Below, piece by piece: positions 47,571-60,850 of a stretch of DNA of 64,000 bases. Source of the DNA: Leucoraja ocellata (lineage: Eukaryota). A program made the translations under genes and the position numbers. Under the pieces are notes generated by a model. That model was not told where the DNA came from. It saw nothing but the letters and a program-made list of their open reading frames with translations, and did not search any database. The stretch covers positions 992,001-1,056,000 of the forward strand of contig JAWMAR010000165.1 in assembly GCA_036785375.1 (NCBI GenBank), in the 5' to 3' direction. Each line of letters starts with the position of its first letter. The first letter of the stretch is position 1.

Positions 47571-49049
47571 TCTCTCTCTCACACAGCATTGGTAAAACAG
47601 CAGTTTGTATCGAAAGTAAACTCCCTCAATTGTGGAAAAGCCTTAATCATACGCGACAGGATGCCAGCTCCACCTCACCAGGAAGCTCGCAGTGTACAGG
47701 GCTTGAGCTCACATCCCGGCCCTGCTGAAGAACACTGATATTGCTGCCACACTTGCTGTAACATGGTTATATTTTATTAGCAGCAGGAAAAGGATGCAGA
47801 GGGAGGAATGAGGAAAGAGATGCGGCGATGAAGAGGAAAATGAGAGGATAGTGGAGGAAAGTGAAGGGAGACGAACAGAATGGGAAAGGAAATGAAAGAA
47901 GATAAAAGGCGGTTGACTGAAAGTGTGGGGAAGGTGGTACAGGAGTCCACACTGTAAAGTCTTCAGAAATTATTCTTCTAACTTATTATCCGTACAACTT
48001 TAAAATCCCTCATGCAAGGCTGATCCAGAAGATTAGGATGCATGGAATCCACGGTGACTTGGTCATTTGGATTCCGAGCTAGTTTACTCATAGAAGATGG
48101 ATGTGCAGAGCAGGTTTTTTTAACAGAGGGTGAAAGGTACCTGGAACACACTGCCAGGCGCGGTGGTCGAGGTAGATATATGATAGAGGCGTTTAAGCAA
48201 CTATTGGATAGGTTCATGGATGTGCAGGGAATGGAAGCATATGGTTCATAACTTCATGTTCATAAGTCATAGGAGCAGCATTAGGCCATTCGGCCCATCG
48301 AATCTACTCCACCATTCAATCATGGCTAATCTATCTTTCCTCTTAAACCCAATTCCTGCCTTTTCCCCATAACCCTCGACACCCTTACTAATCAAGAATC
48401 TGTCAATAACTGCCTTAGAAATAACCTGCCGGTGTAGGGGATCACATGGGGCCAGAGGACATTAGGATAACTTGGCATCATGTTCAGCATGGACATTGTG
48501 AAATGGGGCACTTGGCTGCTCACTATAAGCTGTTGTGTTTCCCACTGCAGCAGTAACTCTTGACTGCCTCGAGAGATGTGAATTGTTCAGCAATTCCATC
48601 ACGAGAAAGTGGCAAGTAGATAGTGGGGTAAAGAAAGCATATGATATGTCTGCCTTCTCCAGATGGGGCATTAGGTTTAAGGGTGCACAACACAGTGGCC
48701 ACATACTTAGGGCAGACGGTCAGAACCTTTTTTCCAGGGTGGAAATGCCAAAGACTAGAGGGTAGAGCTTTGAAGGAAATGTGCAAGTTAAGTTTTTGTT
48801 AAGAGGGAGCAGTGTGTGTCTGTAACACACTGCCAGGGATGGGCGGTGCAAGCAGATACGATAGTGGCATTGAAGAGATGTTTAGACAGGCACATGGAAT
48901 GGAAGGATATGGATCAGATGCAGGCAGAGAATATTAGTTTAACGGCATCATGTTCAGCAGTTGTGGACCAAAGCGCCTGTTCCTGTGCTCTACTGTCTAT
49001 ATTAAGCAGCATCTTTCATGTCGCAAATTATCCTAAGAACTCAGCAAAG

Positions 49050-49870
49050 GAGGCTTGATTTTGATCATGAAAGGCAAGGCAGAAGATGAGAGGAAGCTGG
49101 ACTGCAAGAATTTTCAATCTCTACATAAAAGAAGGAATGGGTTAGTAAAGGTGAATGTGGGCTCCATACAGACAGAGACAGGAGGGTTCACAATAGGAGC
49201 CAAGGACGTGACAGGGGAACTGCCGTCCATGGAAGACTCACAAACCCTGCTTCATATAATCGAGTATCAAGGATCTGGTGGAAATGAGGGACCAAGTCAA
49301 ACTGGAGCGTTTGAATGCTGATAAATTCCTTGCATCCAAAGATCTCCATCGCAGAGGTTTGACAGAGATGGCTTCGGAGAAAGCAGATGCTCCATTTGCT
49401 AACTTCCAAACATTTTGGGTTTGTTTCTGTGGATTTGGAGTGTAGCAAATGTGCCTCCAATTTTTAAGAAAACAGGGAAGAGAGGGAAAACGGACAACTC
49501 GCAGCCCGTGAGCCTAATGTTAGTAGTCAGGCAAGTGCTGGAATCTATATTGAAGGATGTAATAACAGAATAGCTTGAAAAGAACAACAGGCTTGAACAT
49601 GGATTTATAAAGGGATTGGCTAATCTGCTGGACCTTTTTCAAGATGTGACTCATAGATTAGATAAAAGGAAATCATAGACATGATGAATTTGGATTGTCG
49701 GAAATTCCTACAAAGGAGGTTGTCCAACAAGCTTAGAATATGTGCAGTTGCAATATGACGTATTGTTTTCAGACGGAAAGGGTGGGAACAAATGGGCCAT
49801 TCCAAGATGGACGGGCTTTGACAATGAGGATCCCAGGGATCAAAGAATGGACTCAGCTCCTCACAATCTA
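49050..49870 (+). mobile_element. Highly degraded CR1 ORF2 fragment
   Basis: Remnants ANVPPIFKKTGKRGKTDNSQPVSLMLVVRQVLESILKD (~49445-49558) match the CR1 RT N-terminal motif. Confidence 0.6.
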
Positions 49871-52800
49871 AGGGCCAACTCCTGCCTCTATTTCTGATAT
49901 TCCTATGGTCAAAACATTTAACTGCACCACAGATAAACAACATTTGTCTGGGACAATAAGGAGGCTCTGGAGAAGATGACCAAATGTTTTATTAAAAATC
50001 AAAGTTTGTAAAGAGGGGAGTTGGAGGGGTGGAGATTTAAAGAGGGATGCCCCAGATGAAAGCTTGGCTTACAAAGTTGCAGCAATCAAATAATGGAAAG
50101 GCTGAAGAAATGTGAGTGATAAGTGGGCCATGGGACTGTTCTCAATCATCCATCATCTGCTCCATCCCCATAGTCCTCGAGTCCCACAATATCCCAAAAC
50201 CCATCGGTCTGTGTTCTGGATGAAGTCAATAAATGAGCCACCCTCACCCGCTGGGGCAAACACATTCAAAGGCTCACCACCCTCGCGATGAAGAGATTTC
50301 TCCCCATCTTAGTGCTAAACAGCCTATCACCTTTTGCATGATCTTCTCCCCGTTCTCACCCTCCACCCCACCTGACGTAAACTCCTCACTTAAGGGAAAA
50401 ATTTCCCTCACATACATCCTGTCAAACACTTTCAGAATTTTGTATATTTAACAAAATCTCCTCTCAGTTTTTCCAAACTCTACAGGATCCAATCCCATTC
50501 TGGTTCACCTCTCTCCTCCACCCCAGCAACCTGTCGAATGAATCTTCACTGCACTCCCTCTGTGCCATGTACATCTGAGATGTCCAAACTCTACACAGAA
50601 CTCCAGGTATGGCATGTTTAGAGATACGACATGGAAACAGGACTTCAGCCCACCGAGTCCACACTGTTAATCACAGTAGATTAATGTCATCCCACTTTCT
50701 CATCCACTCCCCACACATTAGGGGCAATTTACAGAGGTCACAGGGAGAAAGTGCGAACTCCACACAGACAGCACCCGAGGTCAGAATCGATTCCGGGTCT
50801 CTGGCATTGTGACGCAGCCGTGCCATACTATCACCATGTAGAGTACATTATTGCAGTAAGATATCTTTTCTCATACATCTAAAACTTCTCATATCAAAGG
50901 CTAAAATATCATCGATCCTCTTACTCACTGGCTCCATATGCATTTGGGCATTCAGTGCCTCATGGCCAAACGCACCTAGATCCCTTAGAACATCAACATT
51001 ACACTATTGCCCCACTGTTCTGCATTTGTGCATGAAGGCGTTTGTCCACGTTAAACCGTAGTTGGCATGTTCCCTTCCACTCTCTCAACTTGCCCCCTGA
51101 TCTCCGGGTGTCTGTTTACAACTGCACCTAGTTTATCACTAGTGAACTTGGAAATATTACGGAGGAACTCAGCGGATCTGGCAACGTCTGTGGAAGGAAA
51201 AGACATATGATGTTTCGGGTCAGGACCCTTCTTCAAACATTGTACTGCAAAATCTCCTCAAGGTATGTTGTTTTGCACAATCCTGCAGGCATTGCCACTT
51301 TCATTTCACTGCACATCTTGTATGTGTATGTGACAAATAAAGTTGACTTGGTTCCTTTAAAGACTCCTCCTCTATTCTGACAGGAGTACCACGAGATCCT
51401 CTCTCACTGCTCCCCCTCTGATTCCTGCTGCTCTCCGTGTGTCCAACTATGTTCTCTGTCTGTAGAAGGACCCCCACCCAAATCGTCACCAATCCATTAC
51501 CCCCACTGATACTGCCTGACCCTTTGAGTCCCTCCACCACTTTGTATTTTGCAGCATCTGCAGTTCCTGTGTCTCCACTGGCAAGTTGACTTTTGATCCC
51601 TTCAGCCAGATCGTTGATATAGATTGTGAAAACGAGAGCTTAGCTATTTTCGTGCACATAAACAGGACAGTGGAGCAGTGGTGAGAGATTGGGTACTATT
51701 GGTTCAAAAGCAGCAAGCTTTGCGACACACTTGTAATCGCAGCCTGCCTGCCTGAACCATTTATTCCCACTTTGCTGGTTTATTTGGGGGAAGAAAGGTC
51801 AGAGCCGATGGCAAGACATGCAAGTGGAAGGGAGGAGAGGGACAACAGTGAAATGTCATGCTCTTGTGTCAGTGACGCTTCCAAGGAACAGTTTGCTAAG
51901 ACAGGTTTAGAAGGACCAAGGGGCAGCGTGCAGCGGACATAGATATTACTATTGTGGAGAGAAACCATTGTGGGTCACACTCTGCCCGTGCCTAGATGGG
52001 TAAACAGGTGAACTCTACCCAGCTGAGTCACGTGGGAGATGTTGGTGAAACATGGTGTGGTCTGTACTGTCAATGTGGAGATGGATAAGAGTCATAGTCA
52101 GAGTCATAACAGACTCTTTGGCCCAACATGACCATGCTGGCTAAGATAGTCCCATTTAGATCTTATAACATAGAAGAGTACAGCACAGGAACAGGCACTT
52201 CAGCCCACAATGTCTGTGTCGACATTGATGCCTAGATATACTAATCTCATCTGCCTGCACGTAATCCATATCCATCCATTCCCTACATAATCACGTGTCT
52301 ATCTAAAAGCCTCTCAAATGCCAATATCGTACCTGCATCCACCACCACCCCTGGTAACCACGTTCCAGGCACCCACCGCTCTATATGAATAACGTGCTCT
52401 GTACATCTCCTTTAAAGATTGCCCCTCTAACCTTAAAGCTTTTGCCTCGAGTTTTTGACATTTCAATCCTGGTGGGAGTTTACTCGATATAGGCCGCTCA
52501 TCATTTTCAATAATTCCCCCCAATATCTGGTGTTCAGGAGAAAACAATCCGAGTTTGCCCACATTTGGCCCATATTCCTCTAAACCTTTCCCACCAATGT
52601 ATTTGTCCAAATGTTACTGGCACCTGCTTCAACTACTTCTTCTGACAGCTTGTTCCATATACTCACCACCCTCTCTGTGAAAAAGTTGTCCCTCAAGTTC
52701 CTATTAAATCTTTCCCCTCTCATGTTACACCTCTGGGTATTGATCCACTAACCCGCCTGGATTACCAGAATTATTTCATTGTTGAGGTGTGTGACTGGAT

Positions 52801-53879
52801 CCAAACAAGGAGTAAGATGGAAGTAAAATTGGGAAGCCTGCAAGTTGAAGGATTTTGTAGATGAGAGGGGAGAGGGTAAGTCAGGAGAATCACATTTTAT
52901 TGACCATGTAGCATTCTAAGTCCTTGGAGACATGAGGAACTGCAGATGCTGAATTCCTGAACGAGATACAAAGTGCGGGAGGAACTCAGCGGGTTAGGCA
53001 GCATCCGTGGATGGAATTGATGGATGACATTTCGGATCAGGACTGGAGAAAAGCCCCAACCCGAGACGTCACCAGTCTGAGACCCAAAATGTTGCCTGTC
53101 CATTCCCTCCACAGTTGCTGCCTGACCTGCTGAGTTCCACTGGCACGTTGTGTTTTTTGTTCATAAGTCTCTATTTCACTCTGCCTGCTGAGCACTTGAT
53201 TGAAAGTTACCAAGTCAGGTCTTTTGTTCCCAAGGCTTGTCCAAAGCCAGATGTGTCAAACAGGAGCAAGACCAAGCACTGACTTGACCCCAGCCTCCCC
53301 ACCTGTAACAAGGACCACTGGGCATCAACAGCTGCCACAGAGAGGGGATTCAGCACACAACTGCAGCCATTCTGTGTAGGAAAGATCTGCAGATGCTGGT
53401 TTACACCGAAGACTCGAAATACTGGAGTAACTCTGCAGGTCAGGCAACATCCTTGTAGAAAAAGAATAGGTGATGTTTCAGGTCAAACCTTTCATCAAAC
53501 TGTGTCTCATCCAAAACCTTGCCTATTCCATTTCTCCAGAGATGCTGCCTGACCCGCTGAGATACTCCAGTCTATCTGCAGTCCTTCAGTGCCCTTTAAC
53601 CACCCATGGATGAAGATAGTGGCACGTGAAAAGCGAATGACAACATGTAATGAACCAAGTTGCAAGGACAAGGTGGGGAATTAAAGTGTGTGTGGGGAGC
53701 CCCAGGGCAAGGGTTAAAGTGGAGAGGCAGGTGATGCTATCAGCAGAACAGGAAAGGGCTATCATCAGCAGTGACTCAATCATCATCATAGCTTCAGGAG
53801 AATAAACTCACCCCTGAGTCAGAGTGCCGTACCTCAGCAGGTGCCGCACTTCAGGAGAAACCATACACCCAGACAAAAC

Positions 53880-54170
53880 ACAATGGCAGAGCTCCTGCCT
53901 CACGTGCCTGAGACCCAGGTTCATTCCTGACCTTGGGTGCTGTCTGTGTGGAGTTTGCACGTTCTCCCTGTGATTACATGGGTTTCCTCCGGGTGCTCCA
54001 TTTCCTCACTTTTCTCAAAGACGTGCAGGTTTCAAGGTTAATTGGCCTCTGTAACTTGTCCCTCATGTGTAAGGAGTGAATGAGAAAATGGGATAACACA
54101 GAGCTAGTGTGAACAGGTGATTGATGGTCAGCTAGGTGGGCCGAAGGGCCTGTTTTCATCTATAAACTGA
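53880..54170 (+). mobile_element. tRNA-derived SINE
   Basis: Degenerate B box GGTTCATTCC, conserved body and GGGCCGAAGGGCCTGTTT tail. Confidence 0.75.
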
Positions 54171-54954
54171 ACTCAGTGTTAGGCAGCAGGGAATGGACAG
54201 ACAACATTTTAGGTCAAGAACCACCTTCAGGCTGATTGTACACCTTACTCCTCCCTACTCCAATCAGTCTGAAGATGGGTCCTGCCCGAAACATCACCTG
54301 TCCATGTCCTCCAGAGATGTGGTCCTGACCCGCTGAGTTACTCCAGCACTGTGGATTTTGCTCGAGCATCTGCAGTTCCTTGTGGCTCCATTAAATCCAG
54401 GTCCGGTCAAACCACTGATAAAACATTTCAGGGCCGAACCCCAGAGACGGACGGGGAGTTGGTTTCTGTGTCTCGACCCCCATTGCCAGCAGATACCTGG
54501 TGACAACCATGCTGCTGGTTCTGGGACCTAGTGTACAGGTTAGTGTCTCGAATTCCAACATCACAACTATACTTCAAAAACACTGCATTGGCGGGAAAGG
54601 CTCACAACCTTGTTGAGATCGCGAGGTCAAAGTGATAGATCAAAAAACCAACAACAACTCAGCACTAACACAGCTGAATCAATCCTGAGGTCCTTGCCTC
54701 TGTGGATTCCAACCACATAGTTCGCTGCAGTCAGTCCCCACCAGATGTGGTGCAGATGTTAGGCCTCACTCAGAACAGCCGAACGAACATCTGTGGATGG
54801 TCAATGACCTTCAGTTCACATTGAGCGACAAACATGGACTCACACCTCTGTTCACACAGTACGTGCTAGACCAGGCCTACACGGGCTTGTTCTACATCGC
54901 TGTCCCACACCGCACCCCACAATAACAGCAGGCTTTATGCTACACACAATTCTG

Positions 54955-56547
54955 TTGGGGGGAGGGGGGTACATGGGGAAGGGTTACTGAAAAACACTAG
55001 CAGGAGGTGGGAAGAATTGTGGTAGGGGGAGGGATGGAAGACGGGGGGTGGGGGGAAAGAAATGGGTAAAGAGGGAGATGACGAAGGTCACGGAGGGACA
55101 GAGGGGGGTCAGGGGTAATAGAGGGGGAGAGGTGAAGAGAGGCAAGTGACGGAGAGGGGGCAGAGGGAGAAATGAAGGTTGGAGGGGGGAATGAGGGGGT
55201 CAGATGGATGAAGATCACAGGTTCAGGGATCTATACACAAGGGGCACACAGGGGTATGGAGAATGGAGAGAAAGGGGAGTAGAGAAAGAGAGAGGGGATG
55301 GAGGAAAGCTGACGCGAAGAAGGGCTTTGGACTGAGGAGGGGGTGGGATAGAGGAGAATGAGAGAGTGGGGGAGATGTTGAGTTGATGGGTGTTATAGAT
55401 CATAGGTTGGAGAGTGGGATGTGGGAAGCTGAGAGGAAGAGGGAGGTGGGGAGAGGATAAATATGAGGGAGGGATGCGGAGGAGGGGAGAGTTGATAGTG
55501 GCCGGTGCTTTGTGCTCGGGGGTTATGTTGGGATCAGTGTCCCGGCCTTTCTGACGCGGGGCCCTGGGAGTTTTCACATCCTAACTGTTGGAAGTTCAGG
55601 ACACACAGACTCTGTGCGGCCCGGGGTCGCGGGGTGGGGGGGCGTCTGCCCGGCTCCCTCCGCTCCCTTTCCCCGGCGCCTGCAGACCAGTGACCGCGGG
55701 AGCCCCGGACCCCACATCGGCCTCTAGCGGGGACGAGGCCGGGGATTGAAGCTCGATCCCTCCCCTCCAATACACAGGGGAAGGGGGGGGGGGAGATAGA
55801 GAGAGGGTGGGTGCAGGGGAGAGAGGGGTATGGATTGAGGAGGGGGGGGGGGGAGGGGGGAGGGGTATGGATTGAGGAGGAGGGGGGAGGGGAGAGGGGT
55901 ATGGATTGAGGAGGAGGGGGGAGGGGAGATAGAGAGAGGGTGGGTGCAGGGGAGAGGGGGGGAGAGAGGGGTATGGATTGAGGAGGGGGGGGGAGGGGAG
56001 AGAGGGTATGGATTGAGGAGGGGGGAGGGGAGAGAGGCCGCCACAGAATGAGCGGCCGCGGGATTCCGATGCGATGAGCGATGAAGTTTATCGAGGCGAG
56101 GGCGGCGCCTCGGGCCGGGGGGGGGGGGGGGGGGAGCCGGCAATCTACACGGTGAAGACCCCCGGGCCCGGGCCGCCACTTCCCCCCCCCGGCCCGTCCT
56201 CCCCCTCACTGCGGTGTTTCTGCAGAGGCTGCAAATGCGCACGTCCATCACGGGCGGAGGGAGGGAGGGAGGGAGGGAGCAACGATGGGAGAGAAAGAGG
56301 GTGGAGGAGGAGAGATAGAGGGCAAGAGAGGGAGGGGGATAATGGGAGAGGGGTGATGGGAGAGAGGGGGTGGGGTAGACAGGGCTGAGGATGCAGGAGG
56401 CAGAGGGGTTCGGGGTTAGAGGATAGAGGGAGGGGTAGAGAGAAGGGAGGGAGGGGTAGAGAGGGGGGGGTAGAGAGGAGGGGAGAGGGGAGACGGTGGG
56501 AGGAAGGATAGTGGGGGGGGAGGAGGAATAGTGGGAGGGGAGGAGAG
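54955..56547 (+). repeat. G/purine-rich low-complexity tracts, including GGGTATGGATTGAGGAGG repeats at ~55825-56025
   Basis: Many G runs of 4 or more; five copies of GTATGGATTGAGGAG; strong strand asymmetry. Confidence 0.85.
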
Positions 56548-57340
56548 GTGAAATCATCCCCCCGCCTCTACGCACAGGACGGGCCGACAAACTTACCCTG
56601 CGCCGGGACTTGTTGGTTGTCCATGTCGAGCCGGCTGTTCACAGGGTGGGCGATCTCCTCGCTGCGGGGGCCGGGGTCATGCCGGACCCCTCCTTCCCTC
56701 CCTCCCTCGATGAGTCCCGGTTCCTCGCTGGCACCGACTCGGCGCGTCCCACCGACTGTCTGTCTGTCTGTCTGTCCCACACCGACCCCGCCGGCCCTCC
56801 GGAAAGTGCTGGATGACAAAAGATTCCGCAGCCCAACCAGCTCCCGGCTCCCCCACCCCCCTCTCTCCTTTCCCCTCCCTGTCTCTCTCTTCCCCTCCTC
56901 GCTATGTCTTCCCCTCTCTCTCACACACACACAGCCGGTCGCGGCTCTTCAGCGACTAGAGGCTGGGAGCGGCAGACTTCCTCGCCCCTGCTTGTGTAAA
57001 ATGCGCTTGGTCCGGGTGGGAGCCGACAGCAGCGGAGCAGCCGGATTCCAGCACAGGGCGAATTCCTCTCTCCCTCTGCTTCCTCGCCGGCTGTCCGCTC
57101 CAGCTCAGCCCAGCCCAGTACCGCCCACCTCTGGGATCTCACCCCCTCCTCTTCGCTCCCGGTCTGGGACGTGTTACAAGGGCCGGCGGGGTGGAGAGAG
57201 AGGAGGAGGGGAGGGGGGGGGGGGGAGGGATAACTTGTTGACTATAAGCAAAGATCTTCTGCTCTAAGATATTTGACTATAAGGGCAGCCGTGGGCCGCA
57301 CCAAAGCTCCAGCAGAGACAGTCCCGGCCACGATTCCTCC
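55500..57340 (-). promoter_or_regulatory. CpG island with promoter and first exon of the minus-strand gene
   Basis: Dense CpG (GCGGCCGC, GGCGCG, CCGG) in unique sequence, free of TEs unlike the rest of the window; contains a consensus donor. Confidence 0.8.
56597..56624 (-). CDS. Coding part of first exon: MDNQQVPAQ plus 1 nt (phase 1)
   Basis: gacATGG strong Kozak context; perfect donor CAGG|gtaagt at 56596-56591; phase matches exon 7597-7403. Confidence 0.7.
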
Positions 57341-58947
57341 CCCGACACTAGAGGAAAGTGAATCTCTGAAATCCCTGAACTTTCCATTGTCTCCTCTGCT
57401 GCGGAACCACGTTCACTCCACACACACACACGGCCCCGCACCTGCTGCTGCTGCAGTGGAAACATGTATGGGAATGAAACTGAACCAAGCGGGGACCATG
57501 TCAGCGTGTTGCACCCCACCACACACACACACACACGCACAAGCAACTGCAGATGCTGGAATCTTGGGCAAAACACAAAGTGCTGGAGGAACTCAGCGGA
57601 TCAGGCAGCATCTGTGGAGGGAATGGACAGGCGATATCCCGGGTCTGGGCCCTTATTATTCACACAATTCAATGTTCACTAAATATAATGAGTTATTTAT
57701 GTTCAATAGTTTCACTGCACGTTTTCAGAAAGGGACACAGAGATACGATACAATATGTACTGATAAGCTGTGCACAGTGCGACACAGCTCGGAGTGGGGG
57801 GGGAAACACCATTAAATCTGCATTAGATAGAAATTGAAATAAAACAGAAAACGTTGACAACCACGATCAAAGAAAGATTGCAGGTCCGAAATCTTGAGCA
57901 AAACACGAAGTGCTGGAGTAACTGAGCGGGTCGGGCAGCATCTGTGGAGGGGAATGAGCAGGCGACGTTTCAGGTCCGGGCGCTTCTTCAGACTGTGTAG
58001 AAAGGAACTGCAGGTGCTGGTTTATACCGAAGATAGACAAAGTGCTGGAGTAACAGTGGGTCGGGCAGCATCTTTGGAGAACATGTTCCTCCAGCGACGT
58101 TTCGGGTCGGGAAGAAGGAAGAAGTCGGCCATCCTTCTTGTCCAGAGATGCTGCCTGACCCGCTGAGTTACTCCAGCACTTTGTGTCCATCCGATATATA
58201 GAATTTCCACAAATCTGTCGATTTTTTTGTTCCCCGCCGGCATTTTATCATTATCACAGCTCAGAGTATTACAGGGTGAGGCGGATTGCCTGTGTAAATA
58301 ATGGTGAGTAACAGTGTTGGCGGATCGTGCTTGAGATACAGAGTGACTATCAAATCAATGAATTGCCCTGATTACGTGCATATCAAACGGCGCAGCCAGC
58401 AATAAAAACAGAACATGTCATTAACAGTTAGCCGGGCGGGCAGCATCCGTGGAGAACGAGAAATAGAATTAGCTTTTCTGGGCTGTGACCTTTCATTAGT
58501 GGGTGAGACAGGCACTTGTGATCCCACATCAAGGCATCCGTTCCTCCACAGATGCTGGAATAGTGTGAAGATGGGTCTCCACGTGGTCTGTCCATTCCCT
58601 CCACAGTTGCTGCCTGGCTCACAGAGTTCCTCCAGCACATTGTCTGTTGCTCAGGATTGCAGCATCTGCAGTTCCTCGTGTCGCCAGGTCAAAGCTCGGT
58701 TGTCCTTCCATGACCATCTGAGATAGATGGTTGATGGTTGGGCGGTGAACAATAAGGGAAGGAACTCAAACATCTCCAGTCAGTAGGGGTGGTGGATAAT
58801 TCATCTCATCCTCCTGATGCCCCCACCCGCACACAGGGTAGCTATGGGAGTGTTGGATGCAGCAAAGGGTCAGGAGCCTTGGCAACGTCGCACTGTGGTT
58901 CTGAAGGGGTGAGGTTTAGAACAACCCTACACCTACATTCACCAGAG

Positions 58948-60190
58948 GTTCATAAGTTCTAGGAGCAGAATTAGGCCATTTGGCTTATCAAGTCTACTCC
59001 GTCATTCAATCACGGTTGATCTTTCTTTTTCTCTTAACCCCGTTTGCCTTCTCCCCAAAACCCTTCACCCATACTAATCAAGAATCCATCAAACTCTGCC
59101 TTTAAAATATCGATTGATTTGGCCTCCACTGCCATCAGTGGCGATGAATTCCACAGATTCACCACTAACTAAAGAAATTCGTCCTAATTTCCTTTCTAAA
59201 GGTACGACCTTTTATTCTGGTTATGGCCCCTGGTCCTAGACTCTCCAACTAGTGGAAACATCCTCTCCACATCCTCTATCCTGGCCTTTCACTATTCGGT
59301 AAGTATCAATGAGGTTCCCTCTCATCCTTCTAAACTCCAGCGAGTACAGGCCCAGTGCTATCAAACGCTCATCACATGTTAACCCAGTCATTCCTTGATT
59401 CATTCTCATAAACCTCCTCTGGACCCACTCCACCGCCAGCAGATCCATCCTCAGAAATCAAGTGCAAAAATGCCCACAGTACTCCAAATGCGGTCTGATC
59501 AGTGTCTTATAAAGCCTCAGCATTACATCCTTGTTTTTATATTCTAGTCATCTTGCAATCAATGCTGGCATTGCATATGGCTTCCTTAAGGACCTGGCCC
59601 ACTGTACGAGGTAATTCAAGAGCTCTCCCGAGTTAAAAAAAAATCAAACTCTTGGTAAGCACGTAGAATGTACGTAGCGGGTACGTCGGAGCTCGGGACG
59701 TCTCTTAACGGCTCATAACGCGTACGGCAGGTACTCGGGAAACGCGGTAAGCACGTGAAGATTTTTCAACATGTTGAAAAGTGTGCAAGAGAGCCCCGGG
59801 TACCGACGAGCGGCTATTACCGTAATTCTCCGAGTTCAAATCAGGGGAAACTCGGGAGAACTCTTGAATTAGCTCGTACAGTGGGACAGGCCCTTAACTA
59901 CCAATTCGACTTGCAAATTAACCTTTTGGTAATCCTGCACCAGCATATCCAAGTACCTTTGCACCTCCAATTTCTGAATTCACCACATTTAGAAAATAAT
60001 CTACACCTTTATCCCAACTACCAAATTACATGACTCCACACTTTGCTACGTTGTGTTCCATCTGCCACTTCTTTTCCAACACTCCCAACCTGTCCATGTC
60101 CTTCTGCAGAGTCCCTACTTTTGCTACACTACCTGTCATTCCACCTATCTTCGTATCATCTGCAAACCTGGCCACAAAGCCTTCAATCCC
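58948..60190 (-). mobile_element. CR1 LINE 3' fragment interrupted by a MITE
   Basis: FADDTKIGG near 60140-60167 (reverse); ORF 59236-59448 ALGLYSLEFRRMRGNLIDTYRIVKG. Confidence 0.85.
59589..59894. mobile_element. MITE, PIF/Harbinger-type
   Basis: AGGACCTGGCCCACTGTACGAGGTAATTCAAGAG / CTCTTGAATTAGCTCGTACAGTGGGACAGGCCCT; flanks TTA and TAA. Confidence 0.85.
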
Positions 60191-60662
60191 CAGTGGAATT
60201 GTCAGTGTGAAAACAGAGCCTTTATCCCATTGGGACCGAGAACAATTTACAGCAGTCTACAAATTTGCATGTCTAAGGGAAGTGGGAAACCAGCGTATCC
60301 ACAGGAAACCCCCGCATACACAGAGTGAAACTCCACACACACACACACACACAGCACTGGAGGTCAGGATTGAACCCGAGGCACTGGAGCTGTGAGACAG
60401 CTGCTCTACCAGCTGTGCCACTGTGCTGTAGAATCAAGTTGCTCCAGCAGATATACCTGGCGACGCGGAGCTCACACAGATATCCCAGTCCTGCAAAACA
60501 TCAGAACAAATGAATGCCCACCAACTGCCACCCCCTCACAATAAACCAACCTTCAGCAGGGCAACGAATGTGCAAACAACTGACATTGACCAATAATCTA
60601 CATCCTTTCATCACTTTTAAATCTGCCAGTACCACCAAGCTCCACATCTCTTTACAACCTTA

Positions 60663-60850
60663 GAGAAAAGAAATAGGTGACATTTCAGGTCAAGATCCTT
60701 CATCTGATGAAGGGTCAGATGTCTGATGAAGGGTCTTGACCCAAAACGTCACCCGTTCCTTTTCTCCAGAGTTTCTGCCCTACCCGCCAAGTTATTCCAC
60801 GACTTGTATCTATCGACGGTGTAAACCAACATCTGCAGTTCCGTTTTACA
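60663..60850. mobile_element. Asymmetric hairpin element
   Basis: 15-bp TSD CTCTTTACAACCTTA at 60648-60662 and 60851-60865; core CTGATGA-A-GGGTC-TT-GACCC-AAAAC-GTC at 60723-60750. Confidence 0.8.

Noticed and set aside
55724-56590. 288-aa proline-rich ORF, and ORFs 56548-57267 and 61780-62427
   Set aside because: Products of low-complexity or GC-rich DNA lacking stops; no domain-like sequence
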